Shown: piece by piece, positions 39,842-51,667 of the stretch
Position numbering within the stretch: the first letter of the stretch is position 1
How the letters are laid out: each line of letters opens with the position of its first letter
Assembly (NCBI GenBank): GCA_002722055.1
Contig: PBKD01000014.1
Coordinates: forward strand, 419,230-483,229
Source of the DNA: Rhodospirillaceae bacterium
Lineage (GTDB): Bacteria > Pseudomonadota > Alphaproteobacteria > SHVP01
DNA length: 64,000 bases
Direction of reading: 5' to 3'
Notes under the pieces: generated by a model
Told to the model about the DNA's origin: nothing
Database searches by the model: none
Seen by the model: only the letters and a program-made list of their open reading frames with translations
Translations under genes and position numbers: made by a program

Positions 39842-40540
39842 ATGGTTTCAAAATGTAAATATATAAAATTGCAAAATAGATCTTATCAAATTAATATAAA
39901 GAAGGATAAGAGAGCTAAAAGAATAATTCTTAAAGTCTCGAATATTGATGGGAATATATCAATAACTCTACCTAAGTATGAGAGTGAAAAAGAAGGTCTT
40001 AAATTTTTACTTAAAAATCAAGAATGGGTATTAAAACAATTAAATTCTTTTCCAAAAAAGGTTCCATTTAAAAATCTCTCAGAAATACCGTATATGGGCA
40101 AAATGCACAAAATTATCCACCTTAGTAAAAGTGGGAACTTAATTTATATTTATAAAAACCAGATAGTTTTTTTTGGAAAGAAGGAAAACTTATCGAAAAA
40201 TATTAAATCCTGGTTATATGGTAAAGCAAAAAATGAGATTATAAAACTAGCAAATTCAAATGTATCATATCTTGGAAAAAAATATAATAAGATATATATA
40301 AAAGATCTTAAATCAAGCTGGGGAATATGTGGACCTAGTGGTAATATTTCCTTTTCATGGAGACTTATACTTGCACCTAAACACGTAATGGAGTACATAG
40401 TAGTACATGAACTTTGCCACCTAGTAGAATTTAATCATGGTAAAGAATTTTGGCAATTAGTCACTGCTATCTTTCCGCAAAGAGACCTTTCTCAAAATTG
40501 GCTAAAAATAAATGGAGTGAAACTCCATATGATAGGTTAA
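39842..40540 (+). CDS. YgjP-like metal-dependent hydrolase (DUF45 / M48-related HExxH)
   Basis: 232 aa with SWGICGPSGNISFSWRLILAP…VVHELCHL…NHGKEFW. Confidence 0.7.
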   Translation: MVSKCKYIKLQNRSYQINIKKDKRAKRIILKVSNIDGNISITLPKYESEKEGLKFLLKNQEWVLKQLNSFPKKVPFKNLSEIPYMGKMHKIIHLSKSGNLIYIYKNQIVFFGKKENLSKNIKSWLYGKAKNEIIKLANSNVSYLGKKYNKIYIKDLKSSWGICGPSGNISFSWRLILAPKHVMEYIVVHELCHLVEFNHGKEFWQLVTAIFPQRDLSQNWLKINGVKLHMIG

Positions 40541-40555
40541 ACACAGAGTAACTCT

Positions 40556-41725
40556 ATGAAATCTAGTGTCTTAGGAATAATTTTTTTTTCAAGCCTTTTA
40601 ATGGCTATAAGTCCTTTTGCTACTGATACATTCGTTCCATCACTTCCAACAGTCAGTAAAACACTTGGATCACCTGCTTCAGTAGTGCAAATGACTCTAA
40701 GTGTATATCTTTTTGCTTTTGCTTTGGGTCAACTATTTTGGGGGCCATTAGCAGATAATATTGGGAGAAAAAAAACAATAATAACTGGGATTTTAATTTT
40801 CTTAATTGGTTCAGGAGGATGTTTTATTGCTGAAAATATAGATACCATAATTTTTTTTAGAGGTGTTCAAGGTTTTGGAGCATCTTTCGGTCAGATATTA
40901 GCTAGAGCAATAATTAGAGATCTTCATTCTCCTGAGGAGGGCACAAGAATTACAGCGTTCAGCACAATGGCTATGGGTAGCGCAAGTATCATTGGGCCAA
41001 ATGTTGGAGCTCTTCTTACATCATATTATTCTTGGAAATTTATTTTTTTGGTAGTGTTTTTTTATGGTCTAATAATATTATTGTATACATCTTTAAAATT
41101 TAAAGAAACACATTCAGATAAAAATAAAGTGTCTATTAAACCAAAAGAAATTTTAAAGAATTTCTCAATTTTAATTAAAGATATAAACTTCTGCAGGTAT
41201 ACTATTTCATTAACTCTAGTTTTTGGTTGTATTTTTGCATTTATTTCAAGTGGGCCATTTATTGCTTCAGAGGTTTACAACATAGATACAGCGCAATTAG
41301 GATTAGTTTTTACTCCTTTGGCATTAGCATTCATCATATTTTCTGCAATAATTAGTAAGTTATTAAAAAGGCAAAAAGCATCAGAATTATTCTTAAAAGG
41401 TTTATTTATAGCTACAATTGGTGGAGTTACAATCTTCTTAGGAACTTTGATTAGTCCTAATATTATAACCTTACTTTTAGGAGCAATGATCATAGCTGCT
41501 AGTATGGGTATAGTTGTTCCAATTGGATTTACTTTAGCTATTGCAAATCATCCTAGAATAGCTGGAACTGCTTCGACGTTTTTAGGTTTTATTCAAGCCT
41601 CTTTCTCAGCATTATTCGGCTATATAACAGTAATACTTTATAATGATAGTGCTATTCCTATGGCAACAGTAATGCTTATATTAACAAGCCTATCCCTCAT
41701 TTCATTCATTGTAATAAAAAAATAG
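40556..41725 (+). CDS. MFS transporter (Bcr/CflA drug-efflux-like subfamily)
   Basis: 389 aa with 12 predicted TM segments and the MFS loop motif GPLADNIGRKK. Confidence 0.8.
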   Translation: MKSSVLGIIFFSSLLMAISPFATDTFVPSLPTVSKTLGSPASVVQMTLSVYLFAFALGQLFWGPLADNIGRKKTIITGILIFLIGSGGCFIAENIDTIIFFRGVQGFGASFGQILARAIIRDLHSPEEGTRITAFSTMAMGSASIIGPNVGALLTSYYSWKFIFLVVFFYGLIILLYTSLKFKETHSDKNKVSIKPKEILKNFSILIKDINFCRYTISLTLVFGCIFAFISSGPFIASEVYNIDTAQLGLVFTPLALAFIIFSAIISKLLKRQKASELFLKGLFIATIGGVTIFLGTLISPNIITLLLGAMIIAASMGIVVPIGFTLAIANHPRIAGTASTFLGFIQASFSALFGYITVILYNDSAIPMATVMLILTSLSLISFIVIKK

Positions 41726-41778
41726 ATTTTAAATATTTTATTTTAAATTATTAAATACAAATGAAATAATATAAAAAT

Positions 41779-44205
<2,427 letters not shown>

Positions 44206-44219
44206 CTATAATATTATTA

Positions 44220-45392
44220 TCATACAATATGAAGCTCGCTATCTGCAACTTTGATAAGATGAAAATTGCCTATCATTGACTTTAAAATTTCTGGATCTGT
44301 AGCCGTTATCCAAAGTTGAGAATTTATATCGAAAAACTCTGAAAATAAACATTCTAGATGAAAATGGTCTAAATGAGCAATTATGTCGTCTAAAAGTAAT
44401 ATAGGGGGGTTTCCATCTTTATCTATCAATAACTTTGACTGACCTATAATTAGTGATATCAATAAAGCCTTTTGCTCACCAGTTGAACACTTCTCTGCAA
44501 ACATATTTTTTTTTATATGTAATACTTTAAAATCACTTCTATGAGGTCCCAATTTAGATCTACCAGTAATCGAGTCAATAGACCTACATTTTTTTACTTC
44601 CTCTAAAAATTTTATTTCAGCTTCTGAAGGTGTCATTGATTGCAACCAACTCTCTACAGTACCTTCTAAAAAAATCTTTGATACTGGAAAAGGATCAGAA
44701 ACAGAAGATAACTTTTGATTCAAAAAACTGATGCAATCCACCCTATTTTTAGATATTTTAACCCCAGATTGTACCAACGTTTGTTCGACTAGATCTAACC
44801 ATTTTTCATTATTAATTCTGTCCTTAAGAATTTTAGCTCTCTCTCTTAGTGCCTTTTCGTAGATATTTAATTCTTTGATATGACTTGAGACATTATTAAA
44901 AATTAATCTATCAAAAAACCTTCTTCTTTTAGATGTTTCGCCCAAAAATATCCCATCCATTTGTGGCGTAATCCATAAAATTGATAGAAGTTCGGATAAA
45001 TATGTAATTGGTTTAAACTCTTTATCAACTTTAAGAATTCTCCCACTTTTATTTTTTTTTGTTTTGGGTGGAACACCAGTACCTATGACAAATTTCAGAT
45101 TTTTTTTTATATCACATATATTTGCATTTACAGACCAGCCTAAATCATTATCATCGTGTGTTACATCATTATAATTAATACTTCGTATTCCTCGGCCAGG
45201 AGCTAAAAAGGATATTGCCTCCAGTAAGTTTGTTTTACCCGAACCATTCTCTCCAAAAATTATTACTGGGGAATTATTAATACTTAATTTTATATCTTTA
45301 TAATTTCTGAAATTATTAATTGAAAGGTTACTAATTTTCAAATTTGGTAAAGAATCAATGTTATTACTATTAATTTGGCTGTGTTGACTCAA
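44220..45392 (-). CDS. recF: DNA replication and repair protein RecF
   Basis: 390 aa with Walker A GENGSGKTNLLEAI and a C-terminal LLLDD; positioned between dnaN and gyrB. Confidence 0.9.
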   Translation of the reverse strand: MSQHSQINSNNIDSLPNLKISNLSINNFRNYKDIKLSINNSPVIIFGENGSGKTNLLEAISFLAPGRGIRSINYNDVTHDDNDLGWSVNANICDIKKNLKFVIGTGVPPKTKKNKSGRILKVDKEFKPITYLSELLSILWITPQMDGIFLGETSKRRRFFDRLIFNNVSSHIKELNIYEKALRERAKILKDRINNEKWLDLVEQTLVQSGVKISKNRVDCISFLNQKLSSVSDPFPVSKIFLEGTVESWLQSMTPSEAEIKFLEEVKKCRSIDSITGRSKLGPHRSDFKVLHIKKNMFAEKCSTGEQKALLISLIIGQSKLLIDKDGNPPILLLDDIIAHLDHFHLECLFSEFFDINSQLWITATDPEILKSMIGNFHLIKVADSELHIV

Positions 45393-45396
45393 ACAC

Positions 45397-46515
45397 TTAT
45401 ACTCTCATAGGCATTAAAACAAAAAGTGATTCAGAATCAGTGTCATCTGAAATTATAGCCGGGGAAACTGAGTCCGATAATGAAAAATTTATAATTTCTC
45501 CCTCTATATGATGTGTAATATCCAACAAGTATTTAGAATTAAAACCAATCTCAATCAGTTCAGATTCATACTCAATTGAAAGCTCTTCATATGCACTTGC
45601 TGAATCAGCACTACTAGCTGAAATTTTCATCATATTCGGCTCTATAGATAATTTAATAGCTCTAGATTTTTCAGTAGATATTGTAGAAACTCTATCGACA
45701 GCAGCAACAAAATCAGATCTATTTACTTTCATCAATTTATTATTTTGTTCAGGAATTACTCTTTGATAATCAGGGAAAGTACCATCTATTAATTTAGTTG
45801 TAATAGTAGTGCTATCAACATTGAACCTAATTTGAGATTCTGAGAGAGATACATTAATATCATCATCTGTATTATCGAGAAGCCTCCTTAACTCCCCTAC
45901 TGCTTTTCTTGGAACAATTATACTTGGAAAGTTAGATACTTCTTCAGGCATTGAGGACTCTGTATAAGCTAATCGATGCCCATCAGTAGCCACACTTCTC
46001 AACATGGAAGGGCTAATATTATCAGGTTTGTGAAAATAAACCCCATTTAAATAATATCTAGTTTCCTCTGTAGATATTGCAAATCTAGTTTTATCTAATA
46101 ATTTTTTCAGCATCTTTGAAGAAATTGAAAAGTTATGTGGCAAAGTATCATTTGAAACTACTGGAAATTCTTCCTTGGAAAGACATGGCAAAGAAAACTT
46201 TGACCTAGCTGATTTAATATTAATTTGTGATTTCTCTTGATCTGTAGAAAATTCAATTTGGGCACCTTCTGGAAGTTTTCTAACTATCTCATACAACAAA
46301 TGAGCTGGAGTAGTAGTAGCGCCATCGGAAATAATTTCTGCAGAAACTACTTCAACCATAGATAGATCCAGATCGGTAGCTGTCAAATACAAATTGGCTT
46401 TTTCACAAGATATCAAAATATTTGATAAAATTGGGATAGTATTTTTCTTTTCTACAGCATTCTGAATGTGAGAAAGAGCTGCGAATAAATGGGTTCTTTC
46501 AATTTTAAAATTCAT
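45397..46515 (-). CDS. dnaN: DNA polymerase III beta sliding clamp
   Basis: 372 aa; three-domain clamp profile, positioned immediately after dnaA. Confidence 0.9.
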   Translation of the reverse strand: MNFKIERTHLFAALSHIQNAVEKKNTIPILSNILISCEKANLYLTATDLDLSMVEVVSAEIISDGATTTPAHLLYEIVRKLPEGAQIEFSTDQEKSQINIKSARSKFSLPCLSKEEFPVVSNDTLPHNFSISSKMLKKLLDKTRFAISTEETRYYLNGVYFHKPDNISPSMLRSVATDGHRLAYTESSMPEEVSNFPSIIVPRKAVGELRRLLDNTDDDINVSLSESQIRFNVDSTTITTKLIDGTFPDYQRVIPEQNNKLMKVNRSDFVAAVDRVSTISTEKSRAIKLSIEPNMMKISASSADSASAYEELSIEYESELIEIGFNSKYLLDITHHIEGEIINFSLSDSVSPAIISDDTDSESLFVLMPMRV

Positions 46516-46626
46516 TATTCTTGACCTTTAAATCTTAAGTCATAAAACCTGACTAAAATATAACATTAACATTAGTTAAATGGCAAAAAAAAACAGAAAA
46601 GCATAAGAATTAAAAAAAAACGTTAA

Positions 46627-48054
46627 TTATGTTTCTAACATTCTTTTTAATAAATCAACATCTTCACCTAAATTTGTATCAGTATGCCTCAGTTCATCTA
46701 TACGTTTAACTGCATGCATCACAGTGGTGTGATCTCTTCCACCAAATTGCTTACCTATTTCAGGAAGAGATCTAGCAGTAAGTTGCTTAGCTAGGTACAT
46801 TGCAACTTGCCGTGGTCTAGCAACAGATCTAGCTCTTCTGGCAGAATGCATCTCACCAATTCTGATATTATAATGTTCAGCCACTCTTTTTTGGATGTCT
46901 TCTATGGTTATCCTTCTATCATTTGCCCTTAGAAGATCACGCAGTACTTCCTGAGTAGTTTCAAGTGTTATCGGTCTACCTACTAAATTAGAATAGGCTA
47001 GCACCCTAGTTAACGCTCCTTCAAGTTCCCTTACATTTGAGGTTATCCTATGAGCCAAAAACTCTATAACTTGGTCAGGAACATTGCTAGCCGATAGTTG
47101 TTGAAGCTTAGATTGGAGAATACCCACTCTTAATTCATAATCTGTTTGATGAATATCAGCAACAAGGCCATGTCCCAATCTTGACCTCATTCTCTCTTCC
47201 ATACCATCCAAATTCGAGGGAGATCTATCTCCAGAAATTATAACTTGCCTATTTTGATCTACTAATGCGTTAAATGTATGAAAAAATTCTTCTTGAGTTG
47301 ATTCTTTTCCACTTATAAATTGAACGTCATCTATCATTAAAACATCTACCGACCTAAAAAGTTGCTTGAATGACATTACATCTTTGTACCTCAGTGCTCT
47401 AATAAATTGATACATAAACTTTTCAGCAGATAAATATATAACTTTTCTTTTAGGATCGCTCTCTCTGATATGCCATGCTATTGCATGCATCAGATGAGTT
47501 TTACCTAAACCCACACCACCATAAAGATACAATGGATTAAAGGGAACTTTCTTTGCCTCCGCAACTCTATATGCTGCGGCATATGCCAATTCATTAGGTT
47601 TTCCAACAACAAACTCTTTAAATGTAAATCTAGGATCCAAAGAAGCACTCACATCAACTATTCCAAAGTCTTGGGCTGGAGACGAACTAATTACATTACT
47701 AATCTTTTTATTCTCTTTATTTGAAGATGCTAAATTTTCTAAACCAGCTTTATCATTTTTCTGAGAAGAAACTATTATTTCCACATACTGATTAGAATTT
47801 ACTTCTTTCTTCCATATATCTTGAATTCTCTCATTATAATGGGAAATAATCCAATCTCTCATAAATCTCGAAGGCACAGATACAGTAAATTTTTCAGTTG
47901 ACTCTATGCATGGCTGCATTTGATGTAGCCAACTATTATAAACAGCTTCACCGAAATTTATTCTTAGTAAACCGCAGACCCTCTTCCAGTCGCTTATGAT
48001 TTTTTCTGATAGAATATTATTATTTGACATATCTAAACCTATGATTGAACCCAT
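46627..48054 (-). CDS. dnaA: chromosomal replication initiator protein DnaA
   Basis: 475 aa with the AAA+ motifs GGVGLGKTHLMHAIA and LMIDDVQF, and a C-terminal DNA-binding domain (GGRDHTTVMHA). Confidence 0.95.
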   Translation of the reverse strand: MGSIIGLDMSNNNILSEKIISDWKRVCGLLRINFGEAVYNSWLHQMQPCIESTEKFTVSVPSRFMRDWIISHYNERIQDIWKKEVNSNQYVEIIVSSQKNDKAGLENLASSNKENKKISNVISSSPAQDFGIVDVSASLDPRFTFKEFVVGKPNELAYAAAYRVAEAKKVPFNPLYLYGGVGLGKTHLMHAIAWHIRESDPKRKVIYLSAEKFMYQFIRALRYKDVMSFKQLFRSVDVLMIDDVQFISGKESTQEEFFHTFNALVDQNRQVIISGDRSPSNLDGMEERMRSRLGHGLVADIHQTDYELRVGILQSKLQQLSASNVPDQVIEFLAHRITSNVRELEGALTRVLAYSNLVGRPITLETTQEVLRDLLRANDRRITIEDIQKRVAEHYNIRIGEMHSARRARSVARPRQVAMYLAKQLTARSLPEIGKQFGGRDHTTVMHAVKRIDELRHTDTNLGEDVDLLKRMLET

Positions 48055-48452
48055 GGTAGGCCGTTAAATTTCCACCCATCAACTGTATTTCTCTGCCTAG
48101 ACTCATTCATTCTACCTTCAAATCCATCGGAAATATTAAAACAAAAACTAAACCCCTCTTTATACATTAGGGATGCTGCTGACCTTGACCTTGATCCAGA
48201 TCTACAGAGAAAATATAAGTTATTTTGAAAATTAACATAGTTTCTAAGCTCTTGTCCAAATGTAATGTTTATCTCATTGTCAGGAAATGTAAGCCATTGC
48301 AAACATATCAAATCTTTACCGATTGAACTTAAGTCAGGTACCCCTACAAAACTCCATTCTGAGTTTGTTCTTACATCAATCAAGAATGCGTTTTCATCGT
48401 TATTTAAAGCTTCCCATGCTGATAAGGAAGTTATATCACTTGTATATTCCAA
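48039..48452 (-). CDS. rhodanese-domain sulfurtransferase (single domain)
   Basis: 137 aa with LIDVR…EW and the active-site loop CRSGSRS. The start appears to be TTG. Its 3' end overlaps the dnaA start by 16 nt. Confidence 0.7.
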   Translation of the reverse strand: MEYTSDITSLSAWEALNNDENAFLIDVRTNSEWSFVGVPDLSSIGKDLICLQWLTFPDNEINITFGQELRNYVNFQNNLYFLCRSGSRSRSAASLMYKEGFSFCFNISDGFEGRMNESRQRNTVDGWKFNGLPWVQS

Positions 48453-48814
48453 TACAATTCCACCCTGTACCCAATTTGCAAATATTATTTAAAAGGAAAG
48501 TTTTAAATCTAACAAGTATGTATGAAAAAAATAAATAGAAATTATTTATTATAATAAATATTTTTCTTTATTAAGTAACATAAATTCAGATAATCAGCTC
48601 TCCCAGAAAATAAAGAAAATATTTAATTGCAAAAGTTTTTATTATTTGTTAGGGAGCAACTTTTGATCGCAAACCCGATTTAAGACATTAATACTCATCG
48701 ATTAAGCTTGCAAGATAGATATTCAAATAAGTTAAAAAGATTTTTTTAAATGCACAAAGGCAACACTACTAGATGTTGAGAATATTTTGAGTTTTCCACA
48801 AGGAGTTTAAATTA

Positions 48815-49093
48815 CTAAAGGGAAAGTGCCTTAATTCTATTTGACAATCTAGAAATTTTTCTGGATGCAGTATTTTTTTTCATTACACCCTTACTGACAC
48901 CCTTCATTATTTGGGACTCTGCAGATTTAAAGGCTTCTATCGCAGCTGTCTGGTCTTTATTTTCAATTGCTGTTTCTACATTCTTAATTGAGGTCCTCAA
49001 AAAGGTTACTCTTGAACCTCTGACAAGAGTTTTCTTTTTATTCGACCTAATTCTCTTTAAAGCAGATTTATGATTTGCCAAATTGATCCCCAT
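48815..49093 (-). CDS. rpsT: 30S ribosomal protein S20
   Basis: 92 aa, basic, with ANHKSALKRIR… at the N-terminus. Confidence 0.9.
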   Translation of the reverse strand: MGINLANHKSALKRIRSNKKKTLVRGSRVTFLRTSIKNVETAIENKDQTAAIEAFKSAESQIMKGVSKGVMKKNTASRKISRLSNRIKALSL

Positions 49094-49178
49094 AAATAAA
49101 ATACGTGGATATTTATATTGAAAAATAATTAAACGTCAAGCATTCAGAATAAAAAAACTAGGTTTTAATTCCAATATT

Positions 49179-49952
49179 TTATTGATTCTTAAAATTTGGC
49201 TTTCTCTTTTCTATAAAAGCCTTCATACCCTCTTTCTGGTCATTTAAACTGAAAGTTGAATGAAATAACTTTCTTTCGTATTCTATTCCCTGACTGAGTG
49301 ATGAATTATAAGCATAGTTAACTGACTCTTTAGCCAAAAATAATGAAGGCAACGACAAATTAGCTATTTCTTCAGCCGTTTTAATTGCTTCAGAAATAAG
49401 GTCCTCATCCCTAATTACCCTACTGACGAGTCCACATCTTTCAGCTTCATCAGAATCCATCATCCTTCCCGTTAAAATCATTTCCATTGCTTTAGATTTA
49501 CCAACAAATCTTGAAAGTCTCTGAGTTCCACCAGCACCTGGAATTATTCCAAGTTTTATTTCCGGTTGTCCAAATTTAGCGCTTTTAGCTGCTAAAATAA
49601 AATCGCACATCATAGCCAACTCACAACCTCCACCAAGGGCATACCCTGCTACGGCTGCTATAATGGGCTTTCTACATAAAGTAATAGCCTCCCATCTACT
49701 TATAAAATTTTCCATATAGGCGGAAGCAAATGTTTTGTCTTTCATTTCTTTAATATCAGCTCCTGCTGCAAAGGCTTTGTCATTTCCAGTAATAATTATA
49801 GCAGATATATTTTCATCACTTTCAGCACCCTTAAGGCCATCACCTAACTCATCTATCAACCTAGCATTTAGAGCATTTAACTGCTCAGGTCTATTAAGTT
49901 TGAAAAGCATAACCTTCCCTTGTCTCTCAGTATTTATAGTTTCATAATTCAT
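49179..49952 (-). CDS. enoyl-CoA hydratase (crotonase family)
   Basis: 257 aa with the oxyanion-hole and catalytic motifs (AAVAGYALGGGCELAMMCD, GQPEIKLGIIPGAGGTQRL). Confidence 0.85.
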   Translation of the reverse strand: MNYETINTERQGKVMLFKLNRPEQLNALNARLIDELGDGLKGAESDENISAIIITGNDKAFAAGADIKEMKDKTFASAYMENFISRWEAITLCRKPIIAAVAGYALGGGCELAMMCDFILAAKSAKFGQPEIKLGIIPGAGGTQRLSRFVGKSKAMEMILTGRMMDSDEAERCGLVSRVIRDEDLISEAIKTAEEIANLSLPSLFLAKESVNYAYNSSLSQGIEYERKLFHSTFSLNDQKEGMKAFIEKRKPNFKNQ

Positions 49953-49987
49953 TTCTTATCCCTAGTAATATTAAATTAGTGTACTAA

Positions 49988-50815
49988 TTATGTTTGTTTT
50001 TTTGAACAAAAGAAAGTAGATCTCCCACTTTGTTTTATCTTTTTTATTGACGAATTACATATACACAATGTGCATTTCTTGCCATATTTTCCATAAACAT
50101 TAAGTTCTTGCTGAAAGTAACCGATTTCTCCTGATGCCTGAACATAGTCTTTTATAGAACAACCACCTAATTCTATAGCTTTATTCAAAACTTGCTTAAT
50201 AGCCAGAGCTAATTTTTTTGATCTATTTCTACTAATTGAATTAGCAATTCGATTTGGAGAGACTCCTGCTAAATAGAGAGCCTCACAAGCGTAGATATTT
50301 CCTATTCCAGCTACAAACTTTTGATTTAGTAATACATTTTTAATTGGAGACTTAGATTTAGACAGATAAGTTGTAATATAGTTATCAGAGAAAAGACTGC
50401 CTAAAGGCTCTGGACCAAGAAACTTAATCCATTTATGATTTCTATAATCAATTTTGTCTATATAGTCCACCATCCCAAACCTTCTACTATCGTTAAATAC
50501 GATTTCCTGATTACTATTTAATTTAATAATAATATGATCATGCTTAACTTTTTTAGTATTAATTGGGCGAATTTTAATCCTACCTGTCATGCCTAAATGA
50601 AGCAGAATAGTTTGTTTATCCTCATTATTTATAATTATATATTTTCCTCTCCTGACTATATCAATGATTTTTTTACCATTTAATGATTTGTTCAGTGACT
50701 TTGGTATAGGAAATCTTAGATCTTTACGTTGTAAATCTATAGAATTAATTGTAAAACCAATTAAATGATTGCGCAAACCTCTAACAATTGTTTCTACTTC
50801 AGGTAACTCAGGCAT
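49988..50815 (-). CDS. mutM: formamidopyrimidine-DNA glycosylase
   Basis: 275 aa with the N-terminal MPELPEVE and a C-terminal zinc finger (C…C…C…C). Confidence 0.9.
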   Translation of the reverse strand: MPELPEVETIVRGLRNHLIGFTINSIDLQRKDLRFPIPKSLNKSLNGKKIIDIVRRGKYIIINNEDKQTILLHLGMTGRIKIRPINTKKVKHDHIIIKLNSNQEIVFNDSRRFGMVDYIDKIDYRNHKWIKFLGPEPLGSLFSDNYITTYLSKSKSPIKNVLLNQKFVAGIGNIYACEALYLAGVSPNRIANSISRNRSKKLALAIKQVLNKAIELGGCSIKDYVQASGEIGYFQQELNVYGKYGKKCTLCICNSSIKKIKQSGRSTFFCSKKQT

Positions 50816-50890
50816 AGATTTATCCAGATTGTTTATTAAATTTATATAATAAGAATTTATAGTTCAGTAAATTGCAAGAATCAAAAAAAT

Positions 50891-51667
50891 ATGAAAAATA
50901 CTGATAAAAAAAATGAAAAAAATGATCTTACACACTTTGGATATAGGTCTGTACCTGCTTCAATAAAAACTGACCTGGTCAAGGGAGTATTCGAGTCGGT
51001 GGCAAGGAATTATGATTTAATGAACGATTTAATGAGTGTCGGACTTCATCGCAAATGGAAGGATTCATTAGTTAGAAAAATATATTTTAGGAAAAACCTC
51101 AAAATACTTGATGCCGCAAGCGGAACAGGAGACGTAATAAACAGAATTGCTAAAATAGCATCTATAAAAAAAATTAATATAGAACTATTTTCATTAGACT
51201 TGACTCATTCAATGATAAAAATTGGGCGTGATAGAAGTATCAATAATGGCCTCATTAATCATATTAATTGGATTAATGCTGATGGAACTGCTTTGCCTTT
51301 TAAAGACCAGTCAATGGATATATATTTAATTGCATTTGGAATAAGAAATATTACTAATCATAAGGTCGCATTAGATGAAGCTTTTAGAATACTTAAGCCA
51401 GGTGGACAATTTTTATGTTTAGAGTTTAGTAAGGTACATCCAACCTTCAAAAAAATTTACGATATTTATTCCCATAAAGTTATTCCTAATTTAGGGAAGT
51501 TGATTTCAAATGATAGAAGTTCTTATCAATATTTGGTTGAAAGTATTAGAAAGTTTCCTGATCAAAAAGAATTTTCTCAATTATTAAGCAACACTGGATT
51601 CAGTAAAGTAAACTATAAAAACCTTAACTTAGGAGTTGCCGCTATATACTCCTGCTGGAAGTTATGA
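50891..51667 (+). CDS. ubiE: ubiquinone/menaquinone biosynthesis C-methyltransferase
   Basis: 258 aa with HFGYRSV, VARNYDLMNDLMS and the SAM-binding LDAASGTGD. Confidence 0.9.
   Translation: MKNTDKKNEKNDLTHFGYRSVPASIKTDLVKGVFESVARNYDLMNDLMSVGLHRKWKDSLVRKIYFRKNLKILDAASGTGDVINRIAKIASIKKINIELFSLDLTHSMIKIGRDRSINNGLINHINWINADGTALPFKDQSMDIYLIAFGIRNITNHKVALDEAFRILKPGGQFLCLEFSKVHPTFKKIYDIYSHKVIPNLGKLISNDRSSYQYLVESIRKFPDQKEFSQLLSNTGFSKVNYKNLNLGVAAIYSCWKL

Noticed and set aside
48740-48814. Rho-independent terminator downstream of rpsT
   Set aside because: Only a 5-bp CAACA…TGTTG stem with an 8-nt loop and no convincing T-tract is present. It is too weak to call.
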